A stretch of DNA of 64,000 nucleotides from Amphiscolops sp. MND2022 (lineage: Eukaryota), in NCBI GenBank assembly GCA_964187785.1, contig OZ076409.1, forward strand, positions 30,382,001 through 30,446,000, written 5' to 3'. The translations under genes were made by a program, and so were the position numbers. The notes beneath the pieces were generated by a model. It did no database searches. It had not been told where the DNA came from and saw only the letters and a list, made by a program, of their open reading frames with translations. The stretch's first letter is position 1; every line of letters begins with the position of its first letter. This document shows positions 24,741 to 39,003 of this stretch, piece by piece.

Positions 24741-27700
24741 ATGTCTTCACACTTATGTTGGTCTGGATCTTACTTTTGAACTAATATAACTTGATCAAGG
24801 TCAAATTTTGTTCATAAGCGTTTCCTGTTTCCTTCTGCTTAGGTGAACAGAATACTGAGAATCTACTAGCACCAGAAAATACTGACGTCTCTTTTGTTCC
24901 GACTGCTGATCTCAACCTGATGACTCAACCAATGAGGCCAAACCCAACAATCAACAGGAAGTAGGGACGTCGATGTCACAATGATTGCTGATGATATGGT
25001 CACCATTATGGAAAAAACAGAAGCCGCTGCCTCAAGATCTTCAGAATGATTTGATCAGGGGAGATCTACACGAGAAGCCCCAACACGTTCTCAATGTCGA
25101 GAACTTGATCATACCACTTCCTTAGTACAATCAAGTACGCCTTTTTTGTAACCTGGTAACCTGCTGGCACCCAAACTAACCTCTCAGCCCTGGAATCTGG
25201 ACTACGGATAGCAGAGTTGTCCAGGACCCCGCTACAGGAGCTGATGCCCATATCGGACTCCTCCGCTGAAGCGTCAGTTGCAACAGTTTTGCAACAAGAG
25301 GTTGACACCGCTTCGTCAAATCATGATGATCCCCCACTGCCACGTTTAGGCGATAAAGGTAAATTCCTTGTTGACCCCAGCGAGAACTGGAGGACCGGGG
25401 ACGAGAAAAGCCTCCCTCACTGCCCTCTTTTCTATTCTGAAATTCCCCGGTGTTCAGATTCAGGCACAGAGGGTGGAGACGAATTTGGTTTTGACCCCTT
25501 CCCGCGTGACCCAGCAGGGCCATCAACCTCAACTGTTCGACGTCCGGATGCCATGATGCATGAACTCTCAGGGCGGAGCAGAGCCCTTTTGAAAGAAAAA
25601 TTTGAGAAGACAAAGCCCTTCGCGCTCCCCATGGGCCATCCTACTTTGGCATTCACAGAGTCACAGATAAACAACTTGCTCGACAACGAGACCATGAGCC
25701 TCACTTATTTGACCTTTGAGCGAATGATTTTGGATGCTTTGAAAGTAACCGCCGCAACGGCTCAGTCCAGAACTGACGACTTCAAGTCTGAGGCAAGAAC
25801 GCAAACACCAATGCGCAGAGTAGACAGCGATTCGAGTTTTGCCTCTCATACTGACAGTGAGGTAATCAGTCAACCAGAACTGGAAGTTGGCCCAAGAGAT
25901 GTGACCAGCTGTGGAGATAGTGATGGGAGCACTGAAATGTCCTTAATTTCTGAATCATTTTGGAAATCCACCGCCATTGATGCTGTCCTTGTAAAGACCA
26001 CTACCTCTGCTTGTCGCGTGTCTTCAGAAGGATTCGAGTCCTCGAGACCTACCAGCCAGGATGTAAACCTTTCCGAGATTCCAGAAAGAAGACAAGACGA
26101 AAAGTGCCTGGGAGAACCAAGGTCCAAAATATCAAAAAAGACCAGGAGAACACCACAGCGCATTAAAACAATTGAAACAATGGGCACAATGGAGATATCA
26201 AGACACCATCGTACTGAAAAGCACCTGCGACGAGACCAGCGGTGTGTGTATGAGCACCTCAAGTCAACCGACCACATTACTGGAAAAGTGCAACATCAGG
26301 TCAGGGGGCGAAATGGTAAACTCCTCTCCAAAATCCTACTAGCAAAAGAGATACCCCAATTCATCCACATGGAGTTGGTGGATATAGAGGAAAGGATTCC
26401 TTTTTACGAGGATTTCGTTCGAGGGCACGCCTCAGCAATCGTCACTCCGGAGTCAAGAGCTGAAACTCAATTGAGCATCATTAGAGACTTCATCAAGACT
26501 TACGGAGCTTTCACCGTACTTGGCAACCTCTTGGGCCGCATCGATTCCTTTACAGACTTCCAAGCCCCTCTCTGTGACTTAGACTGGGGAGATAAAAAAC
26601 TCACCGTAAGTATCATCTGTATAAGTATCCAGCTGACAGATTTATAAGGTTTTAAGTATCTGTTTTGCTTAGGCGATTTTCCAGCATTTCTTCGCAATGG
26701 CAATGGAGGATGTCGCTGAAAAGGTCGCAGTTGAGCAGTGCTTCGCTGTAGAATTTGAGGACGTGATGACTTTCCGATACATGTCTGTTCGATTCTGGAA
26801 AGACAAGGACCTTTCCGGACTTTCGTTTGCCGAAGTGAGCTGCCAACCTCAGATCTAACCGGAGAGCTGGTTCTCTGGCCAGGCTGTTTTCAGTTACTTC
26901 CACTAACGCAGATTTAGTCCCCTGCTCCGGATGTCCAGTCACATTGATCCAAACCGTCAATAAGTCAGCCTTCTTTTCTTGAGGTGTACAGTGCTACTTT
27001 AGGTTTGAAAATTTAAAGCTTGCAACATTAATGCACAACCCTAGTTACAGTGTGTTTGGAAGGATTGATTTTTTCTGTCCGCGAAGCCTTGATGGTCTCC
27101 TTGTGCGGATCTCTTACTGAGGACTGGGTACCTATTCTGCCTGAGCACTTGGAAAGTGAGGAGTCATAGGAATCATTGAATTAGTTAACAATAATTGATA
27201 TTATTTAGGCCATTAGCAGCTGCTGCAAGTTTGTCATCTCCACCTTGCCTATACTCTGCCGGGAGCTGATAACCGAGTGGAAGTTTGTATTGAACTACTT
27301 GACAGTACACGCCCCTAGGCAAGAAGGACAGGGAGAACTCAGCCGGGTAAGATACTGCTTTGTCATGTTCCTCGATTCAATCACAGTCATTCACCTAGGC
27401 TCATGTCCTAGCTAAGATTATAAGAATTACTGGCAATTGCATTTGGGTTTTTCTTTCAGGTCCAAAGTTACAAGTGGTCCTTAATATGTGATGAATTTTT
27501 TGTCGCCAAGCTCGATTTCTTCCGCATTATTGTCAGTGACTGTTAGTATCAACACGGTGCTTTAAATTTCGATTCATGTACCCGTCTAGGATAGCATCTT
27601 TCTTTGTTTGTATATGTCGCAAGTTTCCATGCTAATCTCCAATCTAGACGAAACGCCTCCTTTTACCTCTGTGGTGAGATCAGCAAGTTTGTCCACAAAC

Positions 27701-28750
27701 TTTGCGTCCGATGCTACTCCAGCGACACAGTGCCTTTAGAGAATGCCTAGTTCTTGCTCCTAGGTTTCAAATCCACAGACGGCGTTTACATGGATGATAT
27801 TTTTGCTCCGACAGAAATTGACTTACAAAGTTACTATGGCAAGCAAAAGTAAGTCAGAAGGTATTCACAGTTGGAGAAGGGTAGATCAGACTACCATAAA
27901 GAAGACTGTAGACAATTTAAAAAAAGGGTTTGCTTCCGAGGGACTCCGATTTCTCAACTACCTCATCGAGAAGGTATTGCTGCAGCCAGGATTTGATTCA
28001 GACCTTAATAAAGGCTTGGCTTCTTTTGATTCCCTAGTCCTTTTCAAATGACGTACAGAAGTTGCCTTGCGACCTTTCGAGCATTTATACACCACCTTCC
28101 AATTACGGTCATGGGTCATGAAAGATGAAGAGTCCGAATACCGCGATGAGTATCTGCAGCTAATCGAACACCTCCAAACAACGTATCCTCCTGGTTTCAA
28201 TATAGAAGACGTCTCCCCGGATCTGATCTGTTCCCTTATGAGACTTGAGTTCTTCGTGCATCTCTACTATTTGTTTGAGCTTTGCTGCTTTTGCAACACT
28301 GTCCCTAGTCCAAGTTACCCTGCTCTTGCTATAATCAACAGTACTACCTACAATTCTGATGATCGATTCACGGAGGTTATTCTGTCAGGCCAGAGTTACA
28401 TGGCTGGTGTACCTGATTCCGTCACTCACTGCTGTAATGAGACCAACATGGCTACGTTTTCCCTCTTGTCCACAGACTTCGCCGATGACTACGATCCCTG
28501 GACTTTCGTTGATGCTTTTGGGCGGCCTCAAATTTACAAAACTTTGCTATGCTCCTGTATAAAACAGTTATGGTTGGGCCAAAAGTACGTTCCTCTCACA
28601 GTTGAGCTCCAAAGACCCCGAGTGTATCGGGTAACCCAGCCGTGTCTGTACCTAGTAGATCTAAGAGGGGACAATCAGGCAGTAGTGTTTCTGGATTGAC
28701 CAGTTCATCCGTAGTCAGCCTTTGTGCCCCAGCAATTTCTAAAGATTAAC
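24741..28750 (+). pseudogene. Antisense multi-exon accessory gene of element C
   Basis: ORF 25217-26605 retains ISRHHRTEKHLRRDQR, with the CxxC half of the finger deleted. A phase-0 intron GTAAGT...TTGCTTAG at 26606-26672 leads into AIFQHFFAMAMEDVAEKV...CFAVEFE. ORFs 27794 and 28067 (HLYYLFELCC, YDPW) are homologous to 49045-50077. Confidence 0.8.
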
Positions 28751-28959
28751 ATGTACATATGTATTTATGTACTGTAAACTGAACTTTTGGTAATCTTATT
28801 AGTTTTCGTTGTATTTATGTATTTCTGTGTTGTCAATTTGTTGATCCCTGCTTTATCTGTTCGAAAGGGTCCCCATCTGAACGTCCCCATATTCATTCAA
28901 GATACACAAGTGGGAAAGAAGAAAAAACAAGAAAAAAGAACCAACGCTCATATCGGGGC

Positions 28960-31900
28960 GTAATTTAACTCTTTTCTAGAATCTGAAGTCTTCTGAGTAG
29001 TTTGGGTTGGGGTTAGTTCTGAGATTATATTTTCTTCCTCTAGGGCTCAGATTTTCATATCTATCATCTTTTTGGGATATTTCAGGCACGAAAATATCAT
29101 CCACCCTATTTGGAAAAATCTGTGCAACGTTTATATTAAAAGATTTTTTCCATCAAAATTTGCGCAATTTCCGTGTCTTTTGGACGAATCCGGCGAAGAT
29201 TTTTCTTGATTTTTGTGGTAAACGGCCGAATCCGGCCAATCAGTGTTTTCATTTTCTTCAGCTTCAAAAGCTCCATTTTTCTTGCTGAGGTCATCGCGTA
29301 GTCTTTCATTCCGTCGTTGTGCCGCGTCGTTGACGTCATTCAGACCATCTGTCGTAGTTATGTAATCCACTTAAAGTTTCGTCGCCGTCACTTGGTTCGT
29401 CGTTTGACGTAACCGGCTGTTCGCCATTCGGTAAGTAAGTCGGAATAAGCGTGTTGTCTCGTGCTTCTTACTGGTCACCAAAATTTGTTCCCCACGTTAT
29501 GGTATACAAATCATCTTGCGAAATGATAATTTCCTCATCCGGCTGTAATTTCCCTTCTCTGTAACTATCTTCTAGCGGCTGAATGAGACAATTTTTTGAA
29601 TTGGGTGTATTATTTGACTTTTGTTCGTATTGAGTCGGCGTACTATATAGTTTTCGTTAGGTAAAATTTTTTGCTCTATGATTGGTCCGACTCAACGGTA
29701 ACCCTTAAAGGGGATCTTTGACCCTTGGTGATCTGCCTTCGGCTGTAATACAAAGCAATAGTCGTTTTTCTTGAGCGGAGCTGCCTTTGCTTTGCGGTCG
29801 TAGTACTCCTTATATTTGAGGTAGAACTGCATAAAACTTTACTTCGTTTTGTCAATCAAAATTTTCGCCCGATTTTGTACCTCTTCGGCAAATTCGGTTT
29901 TAGGTAAAAGTTTCTCGTTTGGGTTATTCCCAAGCTGTAATCCAAAATATTATACGTCCATGGAATACCCGTGTTGTTTCACAGCCAATGCTCGCATGAT
30001 AGCTCGTTTTGTGATTCAGGACTGCTAATGGCAAATATTTGTGCCATTGTCGGCGATATTCCCCACATGCCATTTTGAGATTCGTGTTCGGGAAAGCATG
30101 TGTTCGCTCTAGCTTCCCGATAGTTTGCGGATGATGTTTGATAGTTGCACATTTAGTGTGATACCCAAAATTTGTTGATCGTGAAAGTGAATACAGTTTC
30201 TTCGTCCGTGATAAGTGTTGACGGTAGATAAGCATGTTTGGTCATAATGTCAATTATAACTTTTGCTACATTGATTGCTGATGCGTCCCTAAGAGGATAA
30301 GGAAAAAGATATCGTGAAAAGACATTAATTGCAGTGAGGACAATTTCGTAGCTTCCACTTGCAGAAGTTTCGGCAATATGTCGATTTGCATGGCATCTTC
30401 GGGTCCAAGGTCTCTTTCCGGCAAATTGAGTAGTTCAGGCTTGATTGTTGCATTCGGGACTCGTTTGTCCTTCGCGCATTGTTCACACCCTTCTAATTAT
30501 AATTTTAGGATATTAATACCTCTGTCTCATCTCCTGTAACAGTTTTGATAGGCCAAGGTGCTCATGTGCTGTCCCGTGAAAGGACTGAAGTAGTTCCTGG
30601 AGTAAATGTTGTGGGAGGATACTTCGATGGTATTTTACATTCCCAGTTCCGTCGGAGTATTGCCGGATTAGGATGCCGTCCCTAAGTACGACTCGTTCTA
30701 AATTATTAGCGTAATGGCGGTATCTAGGATCCTGTTGCAGTATATTTTTCTGAACATTCTTCGTGGAGGAGTTTGGCCTTCAATTGATGTAATAATGCGT
30801 CTTTGGATTGTTCGATGATCATTTGAGTTTTTGTAATCGGTTTTGTATTTCTGGTTGTTGTTTGATGAGGTTTGTTGAAATAGATGGAGTGGTTATAGTA
30901 GGTTCAGCTATGGCGGGGTTTGCTTCTTTTCTCGCCAAATACTGTTCTTCGCTTTCGTCCTCATCAGTAGTTCAGAAGATTTGTTCTTCTTGTAACACTC
31001 CTGCTGATTGGACATTGATTTCGATTGGTAGGGTTTGCACATTCTCGCGGATCTTCATGATTAATCTGTCTTTTGGATCCAATTTTAGACAAGATTAGTA
31101 ATCGCTGTCGGGTTTTGTGCTCCCGGGATGTGGGCTTTGACAAAATTGATAAGAATGACATAGTCATAAGCGTTCCACAGGGCTTGGGGAACAATTTTTG
31201 AAAAAATCGAGTTACGGCTGTATTGTCAGGGAGGATTATGACCGATTTAGGCGCTCCCGAGAAGATATGCCCAAACACTTTGAATGCGAAGTAAATCGCA
31301 AGGAACTCTTTTGTGTACATGGACATTTTTATTTCGGCTTGTGTGAACGTTTTTGATCCATACGCCACCGGTACGTATGATTTGCAAAGTAATGTAAATT
31401 TCTGATTCGAGTCATCCTCGATGAGTACAAAATATCCTGCAGCAGCAAAACTTGCATCTGTCATTAGGGCAATCTGCTTGTTACGAAGAGGTTGTTGGAG
31501 GTCTAGGTCGCATTATTTATCGAGTGCTTTGTTAATTTCTTCGAATTGTTGAACCAAAATTGTCAATACTAGGACCTTTTAGTCCCTTTTGAGCATCTTG
31601 TAGAATGGCGCTAGGCGTTCAAACCGTCGTGGTAAATAATTGCGATAATAGTTCAGAAATCCCAAATAACGCTGTAAAGCCGTTTTCGTCTTCGGGAGTT
31701 TGGTATTTTCGAGAAACATTTGTATGTTTTTTTGGGGTTTTATGCCTTGAGGGGTGATGGCTCATCCAAGGAAGTCAATTTCTGTAGCACCCAAATGACA
31801 TTTGTGCATTGTCAATTCAACGCTTGCCTCCTGATGCATTTGAAAGTTGCTCCCAGGTTGGCTATGAGGTGGTCGGCATCATTGACTGCTATGCCGATGT

Positions 31901-34371
31901 CGTCCACATACAGAGCGCACTGATCTGTTTTGATGAAATTATCAAGGTATTCTCTCATAAAGCTTGAGAATGCGGAAAGCGTCCTGCTAAGGCCTTATGC
32001 TAAACCTCTGTATGCGAATGTGCGACTAGCCAAGGTAAAGGCCACCATTTCAATTGAACGTTGGTGAGCCATCTGTAAGCAATGATAGGCTTGTGAACAG
32101 TCCAACCACCGTTTGTGGTTGGGGCATTTTTGTGCAGCATGGCTAGTTCAACTAGAATGTCTTCTTTGAAGTTGATCGGTGCTAGACGAGTTTGACTGTA
32201 AGCTGGGGAACCATCCTTAGGTGTCAGTTTCATCTTGAATTCCTCGTTCATGCCGATGTCAAATCGGTGTCTTGCGAAGATGTCATGGAATTCTACTAGT
32301 TGTTCTTCAATCATCGCTAGTTCATCAGTTGCATACGTGGAATCTTTCCAGTCGACGTTTTCTGGGAACTTGGCCCTGGATTCTTCATCCTTTGTGGGAT
32401 CAAGGCTCTCCACGTCTTATAGGGCCTGTAATCGACGTAAAAATTTTTCCTGGATAAGCGTGTGTTCGTCGGTGTTTCCAGGTATTCTCTTGAGTTAGAA
32501 ACCAGACAATTTCACAGTTTTGCGGATTCACAGTGATGATGAGACTGCTAACGTAGTGGGCTGCTTGATACTAGTCATTTTCTAATAAAAGCCAAGTTGA
32601 AAATGAGTCGACCAGGTTGACCTATTTCGTCTCTTCCGGTGTCTTGACTGAGAATTTAGCAATATGCAGTCCCTTCTTGAGTTTATAAGGGTGGTCCGTG
32701 AAAATTATTCACTGGTATTTGAATATCGCCGTCATTCAATGTGATCAAGGCCGGGCAAAATGTTGTGTCGCCCTCTTCATGTAGAAATTTACTGGGCTCG
32801 AGGATGCCTGTTATTGCATTCTTTGGATAGAGTAGGGAATTTGTCCTGACTAGGACTTTATCATTCGGCGAAATGGTTATTTCAGTCGGATTCAGGATTG
32901 GTTCCAGAACATTAGAGTATCGATGATCTGCTGTTTTGAGCTGCATCGGAAAGAATAGGAAATTCAAAATGCCTTGCCTCATGTCCAGAACTGTATGGTT
33001 TCTCTGAAGGAACAAGAGTCCAATCATCAGTCGCCAATCATCGGTGCTGTGAGGTTCTCCTTAATTATGAATATTTTATGGGACTCGATGAGTTTGTTGT
33101 GTAATCAGGGTGCCAAGCAGGAATTGGTTTTTGGTATAAATGGGCGTTATTGTAATTGACGAGGGTTGCTTTTTCCATCTGTTGCTGCTGTTGATATTCG
33201 TGGAATACCTTTGTTGGTATTGTCGGACTGATACTAGATCGTTGTGTTGGAGTCGTGGCGAAGTTAGTTTTTTGAGTCGTCCTTTTTGGATGTGGACTGG
33301 GAGCTAGACGATGTTGAGTGATATTGCGGTTTTTGTACATTGGGGTCCGGATTGTTATCCGATGAGTCTTCAGACCTACTGTGTTTAGGCTAAAGATGTG
33401 AGCCTGCGCCTTGCCAACATCGTTTTTCAGGCTGATTTTTCTTGCCACAAGTTCGCACTCAGGGTGAACATTCTTCTGTGTCGATTTGCCTTTTTGGCCA
33501 TCCTTCTCTTTCTTCCTTTTAAGTTTCTCACAGTCCTTGACCATGTAATCTTTTTCTTTGCAATAACTGCAGACAATGTCGGAAGATAGCCCATTGGAGA
33601 GAAGGCTCCTCTTCTTGGAGGTTGAAGAGATCATTGTTGCCATGGGTAGGTGCTCTGACTCTTCAAGCGCATTGAGCTCTAATTCTCTCTCGAAATGGGC
33701 CACAATTTCGTCGTAAGAGCCGTTCTCTAATCTAGCCATGTTGACTGATCTTTCCAATTTCGGTGGCAGTTTTGCGTAAAGGAGACTGTCAATCAGTTTT
33801 CGAGCATTGTCACCAATTGTTTTTCTGCCTCTTGATTCAGTTCTTCGAGGAAGTCTGGTAGATTCATCGTGTTAGGATCAAATACCAAGCGGTTCCATTT
33901 TTGTTTGGCAGTTGCTTGAGATTCTGGTTTGACGTAATTGCGTCTGAAAATGATTTATACGTCTTCAAGAGTTTGTCGGTTGGCTGTCCTGATGTTTCTG
34001 AACGTTTGTAACGCTCCCTTTCTAAGACGTGAGTAGAAGTGATTGATTTTCATCTGCTCAGACTTCTCTGGATGCATCTTGACTGTCGTATAGATCTTCG
34101 AGCAGCTCAACTTTTTCACTTTTGCCATCGAAAGTCATTGTGCCAAGCGAGCTGTTGGGCTGTTGGACGATTCTAGAGATTTGCCAAGACGTCAGGTAAT
34201 CTGTTGATCGGCCCTTGTTCGGCTACTGGCATGACTCTTTCTTGTGCTGGGATTGTTGTATCCAGCATTGAATTGTGGTCATCGTGAGATTGGTTGAGAG
34301 TTGTCTGGATGGCACACGTCCCGTGAGAAACTCAGGAACCAGAACTAGAGTTTCTTTGTCTCCTTTCACAA
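28960..34371 (-). pseudogene. gag-pol of element C (Ty3/Gypsy order), decayed
   Basis: Gag knuckle CSYCKEKDYMVKDC, RT CALYVDDIGIA (~31890-31922), RNase H MTDASF...KEFLAIY, and integrase HPQTIGKLERTH. Closely parallel to 50700-56648. Confidence 0.9.
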
Positions 34372-35700
34372 TGTCATGAGCATTGTCTGTATCTTCATCA
34401 CAAAGACGTCTACGGAAAGGCTCACTTCTAGAACTACTCCTGGTTTCTGACTAAGATTTTCTTCGGAGTTACGTTCCGGTCTCTCAGCCGATATATTCCA
34501 TCCTTTCTATGTCATCTCTCCTGAACTGGTCCTGAGGGCGTTCTGAATTTTTGGCAAAACTTGATTGCTTATTGCATCATTAATAGCCTTTTGAATTAGA
34601 ACACTGACACTGTTCATCACCTCATCCACCTCTCTCAAGATCCTGGAATTGAGCTTACCTGATACTTTTTTAAGCTCAGCACTAGAGTCTGTGCCAGCTG
34701 AATTGTGGCCAAACTGTTACTCGATCTATTTCCGCTAGGATTAGGGTAACAATTTTCCTCGTTGTTTCCTGGGGCATTGTACCTCGGACTACTGGGCTTC
34801 CTACTGGAGTCACTAAACTCGCTACCTTCCCGTTCTGAATGATTACCTCCCAACATGATATCTAGATTTTCTAAATCAGATAACATTTCTGCTCTTCGAG
34901 ATTTTCTAGCTTTTTTCTGTTTTCTAGTGTGGTAGGCATCGAGAAATCCTGATTGTAATATTTTTTTAGAAAATCAGATTTGAATATTTTATAGCGTGTG
35001 AATCGTAGTAGAACTAAACAGATTGTGTCTCAAATATATATATATGTCTTTAAAGGAGTGACATTCACGGTTTTTATAATGTTGTCTGAACGAAATAACA
35101 ATCTAGTTGTTTTTACAAAACTAATTGTCGTATTGTTTCAGGTGATAAAGTCTTAAAAGGCACATGACTAGGGTAAACGGTAAAAGTTCACTACTAATAC
35201 TGCATTTTATTGGCGATGTCAACGTCATCAAAGCACTTTAGGAATTTATGTTGATCGGGCTGAGGAAAATACATAGTCTAAGTATAAACAGCAATAAGTA
35301 CCAATACCACAAATATCTTAATGGCATTATAAATATGTGTCAACATCTTCAATCACGCGCCTAGGCACGTAAACAAATGCATATCCAGTTAAATATTGCA
35401 CTGATTTCATGTTTTAACCTTAGTGTCAAATTGGTCAAAATAGGACTATATGCGAGAACGAACATAACGCATATAACAATTGATCCAAGGACCGACACAA
35501 CAAAGATAGCATCTCCAAATAATAAAGCATTACTTGGTAGTCCTTATTCACAGTAATACACTATTTGTCAGCTCTATTGAGCCACTCGGGCGTAACCGGT
35601 TCATATTATTAAAATACTAAAATAAAACTGAAAGTTCTGCATCGTGATTGGTTAAATTAGCACTGGTAGGCAATGCTGCCGAGAACGGACGTTTCCGCTT
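34372..35700 (-). mobile_element. 5' LTR of element C, truncated copy
   Basis: TGTCATGAG edge next to a degenerate PBS (TTGTGAAAGGAG on the minus strand). Gag leader MPTTRKQKKARKSR...MLSDLENLDIMLGG. Confidence 0.8.
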
Positions 35701-35705
35701 AAAAG

Positions 35706-37664
35706 GTCTTCAAGCGTTTGTCTGTTGGCTGTGCTGATGTTTCTGAACGTTTGTAACGCTCCCTTTCTAAGAAGTGATTGATTTTCATCTGCCCAGACAT
35801 CTCTGGCTGCATCTTGATCGTTGTATGGAAAATATCTTCGAGCAGCTCAACTTTTTCACTTTTTCCATCGAAAGTCATTGTGCCAAGTGAGCTTTTGGGC
35901 TGTTGGACGATTCTGGAGACTTGCCAAGACGTCAGCTAATCTGTTGATCGGCTCTTGTTCAGCTACTGGCATGACTCTTTCTTGTGCTGGGATTGTTGTA
36001 TCTAGCATTGAATTGTGGTCATCGTGAGATTGGTTGGGAGTTGTTCTGGATGGCACACGTCCCGTGAGAAACTCAGGAACCCGAACTGGAGTTTCTTTGT
36101 CTCATTTCACCATGTCATGAGCATTGTCTGTATTTTCATCACAAAGACGTCTACGGAAAGGCTCACTTCTAGAACTACTCCTGGTTTCTGACTAAGATTT
36201 TCTTCGGAGTTACGTTCCGGGCTCTCAGCTCGGAATACTGGGCTTCCTACTGGAGTCACTAAACTCACTTCCTTCCCTTTCTAAATGCTTACCTCCCAAC
36301 ATGATATCTAGATTTTCTAAATCAGATAACATTTCTGCTCCTCTAGATTTTCTCGGAATACTGGGCTTCCTACTGGAGTCACTAAACTCACTTCCTTCCC
36401 TTTCTAAATGCTTACCTCCCAACATGATATCTAGATTTTCTAAATCAGATAACATTTCTGCTCCTCTAGATTTTCTAGCTTTTTTCTGTTTTCTAGTGTG
36501 GTAGGCATCGAGAAATCCTGATTGTAATCTTTTCTTAGAAAATCAGATTTGAATGTTTCATAGCGTGTGAATGGTAGTAGAACTAAACGTATTGTGTCTC
36601 AAATATATATCCTTGAAGGAGTGACTTTCACGGTTTTTGTAATGTTGTCTGAACGAAATAATATTCTAGTTGTGTTTTACAAAACAGAGAGTCGTATTGT
36701 TGCAGGTGATAAATTCCTAAAAGGCACATGACTAGGGTGAGCGGTAAACGTTCACTACTAATACTGCCTTTTATTGGCGGTGTCAACGTCATCAAAGCAC
36801 TTTAGGAATTTATCATGATCGGGCTGAGAAAAACACATCATCTGAGCATAAACAGCAATAAGTACCAATACCACAAATATCATAATGGCATTAGAAATAT
36901 GTGTCAACATCTTTAACCACGCGCCTAGGCATGTGAACAAATGCATATCCGGTTAAATATTGCACTAATTTCATGTTTTGACTTTAGTGTCAAATTGGTC
37001 AAAATAGGACTATATGCGAGAACGAACATACCGCATATCACAATTGATCCAAGGGCCGACACATCAATGATAGAATCTCCAAATAATAAATCATTACTTG
37101 GTAGTCCTTATTCACAGTAATACACAAAAGAAAGCAACTTAAGTACTATTTGGACAGATTTTTATTATTATTAGTAAAGTGGCACACTACACGGGATTGA
37201 AAGAATAGATGGCCAGAATCGGCCATTTGACTGGTCTTACTTTATTTGTCAGCTCTAATGAGCCACTCGGGCGTAACTGGTTCATATTAATAGAACTCTA
37301 AAATAACACTGAAGGTACTGCACCGTGATTGGCTAAATTAGCCATGGTAGGCAATGCTGCCGAGAAAGGACGTTTCCGCATTTGATCACGTTTCCTTTTT
37401 GCCGCTTTAGGCATTTATCTCATCTTTGTATTTATCAATCTTTGCAATAACTTTACAGTGAACTTAATCATGTATCAACAGTCAACAGACTTATAAAATA
37501 ACTATAGCAACCGTGTTTCCAAAATGACTCAACAAGTAAAATTGATTAGCTATAAGAGTTTACTAGTTTTGTATTTCATTAAATGGGGAGGGTTCCAGGC
37601 GCTATTTTCTGACCATCTGCGGTTGTAGTTATTCTTGTGCCGTCACAGGCGGCAGCCTGCGACA
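35706..37664 (-). mobile_element. Duplicated gag 5' fragment (35706-36112) plus LTR (36113-37664) of family C
   Basis: 35706-36225 repeats 33961-34487. The PBS reads TGGTGAAATGAG. The right end GCCGTCACAGGCGGCAGCCTGCGACA is the reverse complement of the solo LTR start at 9603. Confidence 0.85.
36229..36476. repeat. In-frame 123-bp tandem duplication inside the LTR Gag-leader ORF
   Basis: CTCGGAATACTGGGC occurs at 36229 and 36352. ORF 36225-36455 repeats MLSDLENLDIMLGGKHLERE... Confidence 0.95.
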
Positions 37665-37666
37665 AT

Positions 37667-37845
37667 ATCCGAGCTTTTGACGTTACATCCGAAGTAATGG
37701 AGACATCAGAGGATCGAAGTTATTGCGCTATACTAGCTTTGATATTTTATCCGACCGTCGGATAAGATATCAAAGCTAGTATAGCGCAATAATTTCGATC
37801 CTCTGATGTCTCCATTACTTCGGATGTAACGTCAAAAGCTCGGAT
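37667..37845. repeat. Long palindrome with 89-bp arms and a 1-nt centre
   Basis: ATCCGAGCTTTTGACG...TCCGAC-C-GTCGGA...CGTCAAAAGCTCGGAT, with two mismatches. Confidence 0.97.
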
Positions 37846-38180
37846 TTTGTGACGTTCTGCTAAGGAGCAGCTGGAGGTTTGAAAATATTGCGCTGTATCC
37901 GGAAGCAATAGAAGGGTTTGAGGTCTAAAGGGGTCTTTGAGAATTTATTCAAAGAGAATCCTTGACGCTTACAAGTACCTTTGCTCTTTTTGAGCATTAA
38001 GTGTGGTGTCGACTTTGGTCGTTCCCGGCTTGTTTGTAACTTCTATTGAACATTCACTTCGACATGTGAACATCATAAATGAAAAGCCAAACATCATACT
38101 CACTCCGGGTGATGCCTTTATTTGGTGGTTAAACTGAACTTTCAATTGATCAATTGGTCGTTTTGGATGAAATTATATAA

Positions 38181-38677
38181 TCATTTGCTTCCTACCTCGG
38201 AATCTGCAAGCAGCATTTTGAGTCTTTTGATTTCTCTCTCCAGTTGAAACTTTTCTGTCTCCAGTTGTTCCCTCCTTCCCCACTCTTCTGTATTCAGCAC
38301 CTGTAGGGCAGCGCCACGTCTATGTACTACAGTAAGTCTTATTGAATTCAACCTTCTTCGCTCATATTTTTTCGGAATATTGAATGGTTTCAAAGAAGCG
38401 CTCCTGATTCCGCGTAACTTGTTAAATGCTAGTTAATATCTGACATTATTGAAAAACTCTGAAGAGTTGAAGTAGTTAACAGCGCGACATGACGATGTCG
38501 TACCTGTAATTTCTCCATCTCTTCGCACATTGTAGTTATCTTGATTTCGAGGTCGTTGCATCTGTTTTGAGAGTCTTCGAAGTCACTGCTCATTGTCGAT
38601 ATCTGATTGTCATGGTTCTGTCGGGCTGTTTTGAGCTCGAAGCTAAAAACCAATGATTTAACTTCAATTGTCCACAA
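38181..38677 (-). pseudogene. Disrupted coiled-coil coding remnant
   Basis: ORFs 38429-38677 and 38181-38393 show heptad-like sequence (EQLETEKFQLEREIKRLKMLL). Confidence 0.3.
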
Positions 38678-38742
38678 TTCTAAAGTCGCAGGCTAAGTGA
38701 AATGATATATATGTTTCCTGAGAAAGACGTTCCTCAGCAAGA

Positions 38743-39003
38743 AAACAAGACTAGAAAGTCTAAAGTCGGCGCTATATCTAAGGCGCAAAAAGCACAAAGT
38801 TTTTAAAATATACCCAGCCCATAGTTTTATGAAAAGCTCAGAAACAGTTTCGAGACACCCAAAGGATGCCTTTTATGCTCGATAAGACTCGGAAACCACT
38901 TTTTCCACAACTGGAAACAAAAATGTTTTTAAAAATGTCGGATTTTTTTTCTTTCGGGAAATTCCGCATAGTGCCGAAAAAAATAAAAGGGCGGACCCTG
39001 ACC
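38743..39003 (+). mobile_element. 5' part of a Helentron-like repeat, interrupted by the LTR at 39004
   Basis: AACAAGACTAG...AAGTCGGCGCTATATCTAAGG and GCCGAAAAAAATAAAAGGG match the 7346 family. Confidence 0.5.
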
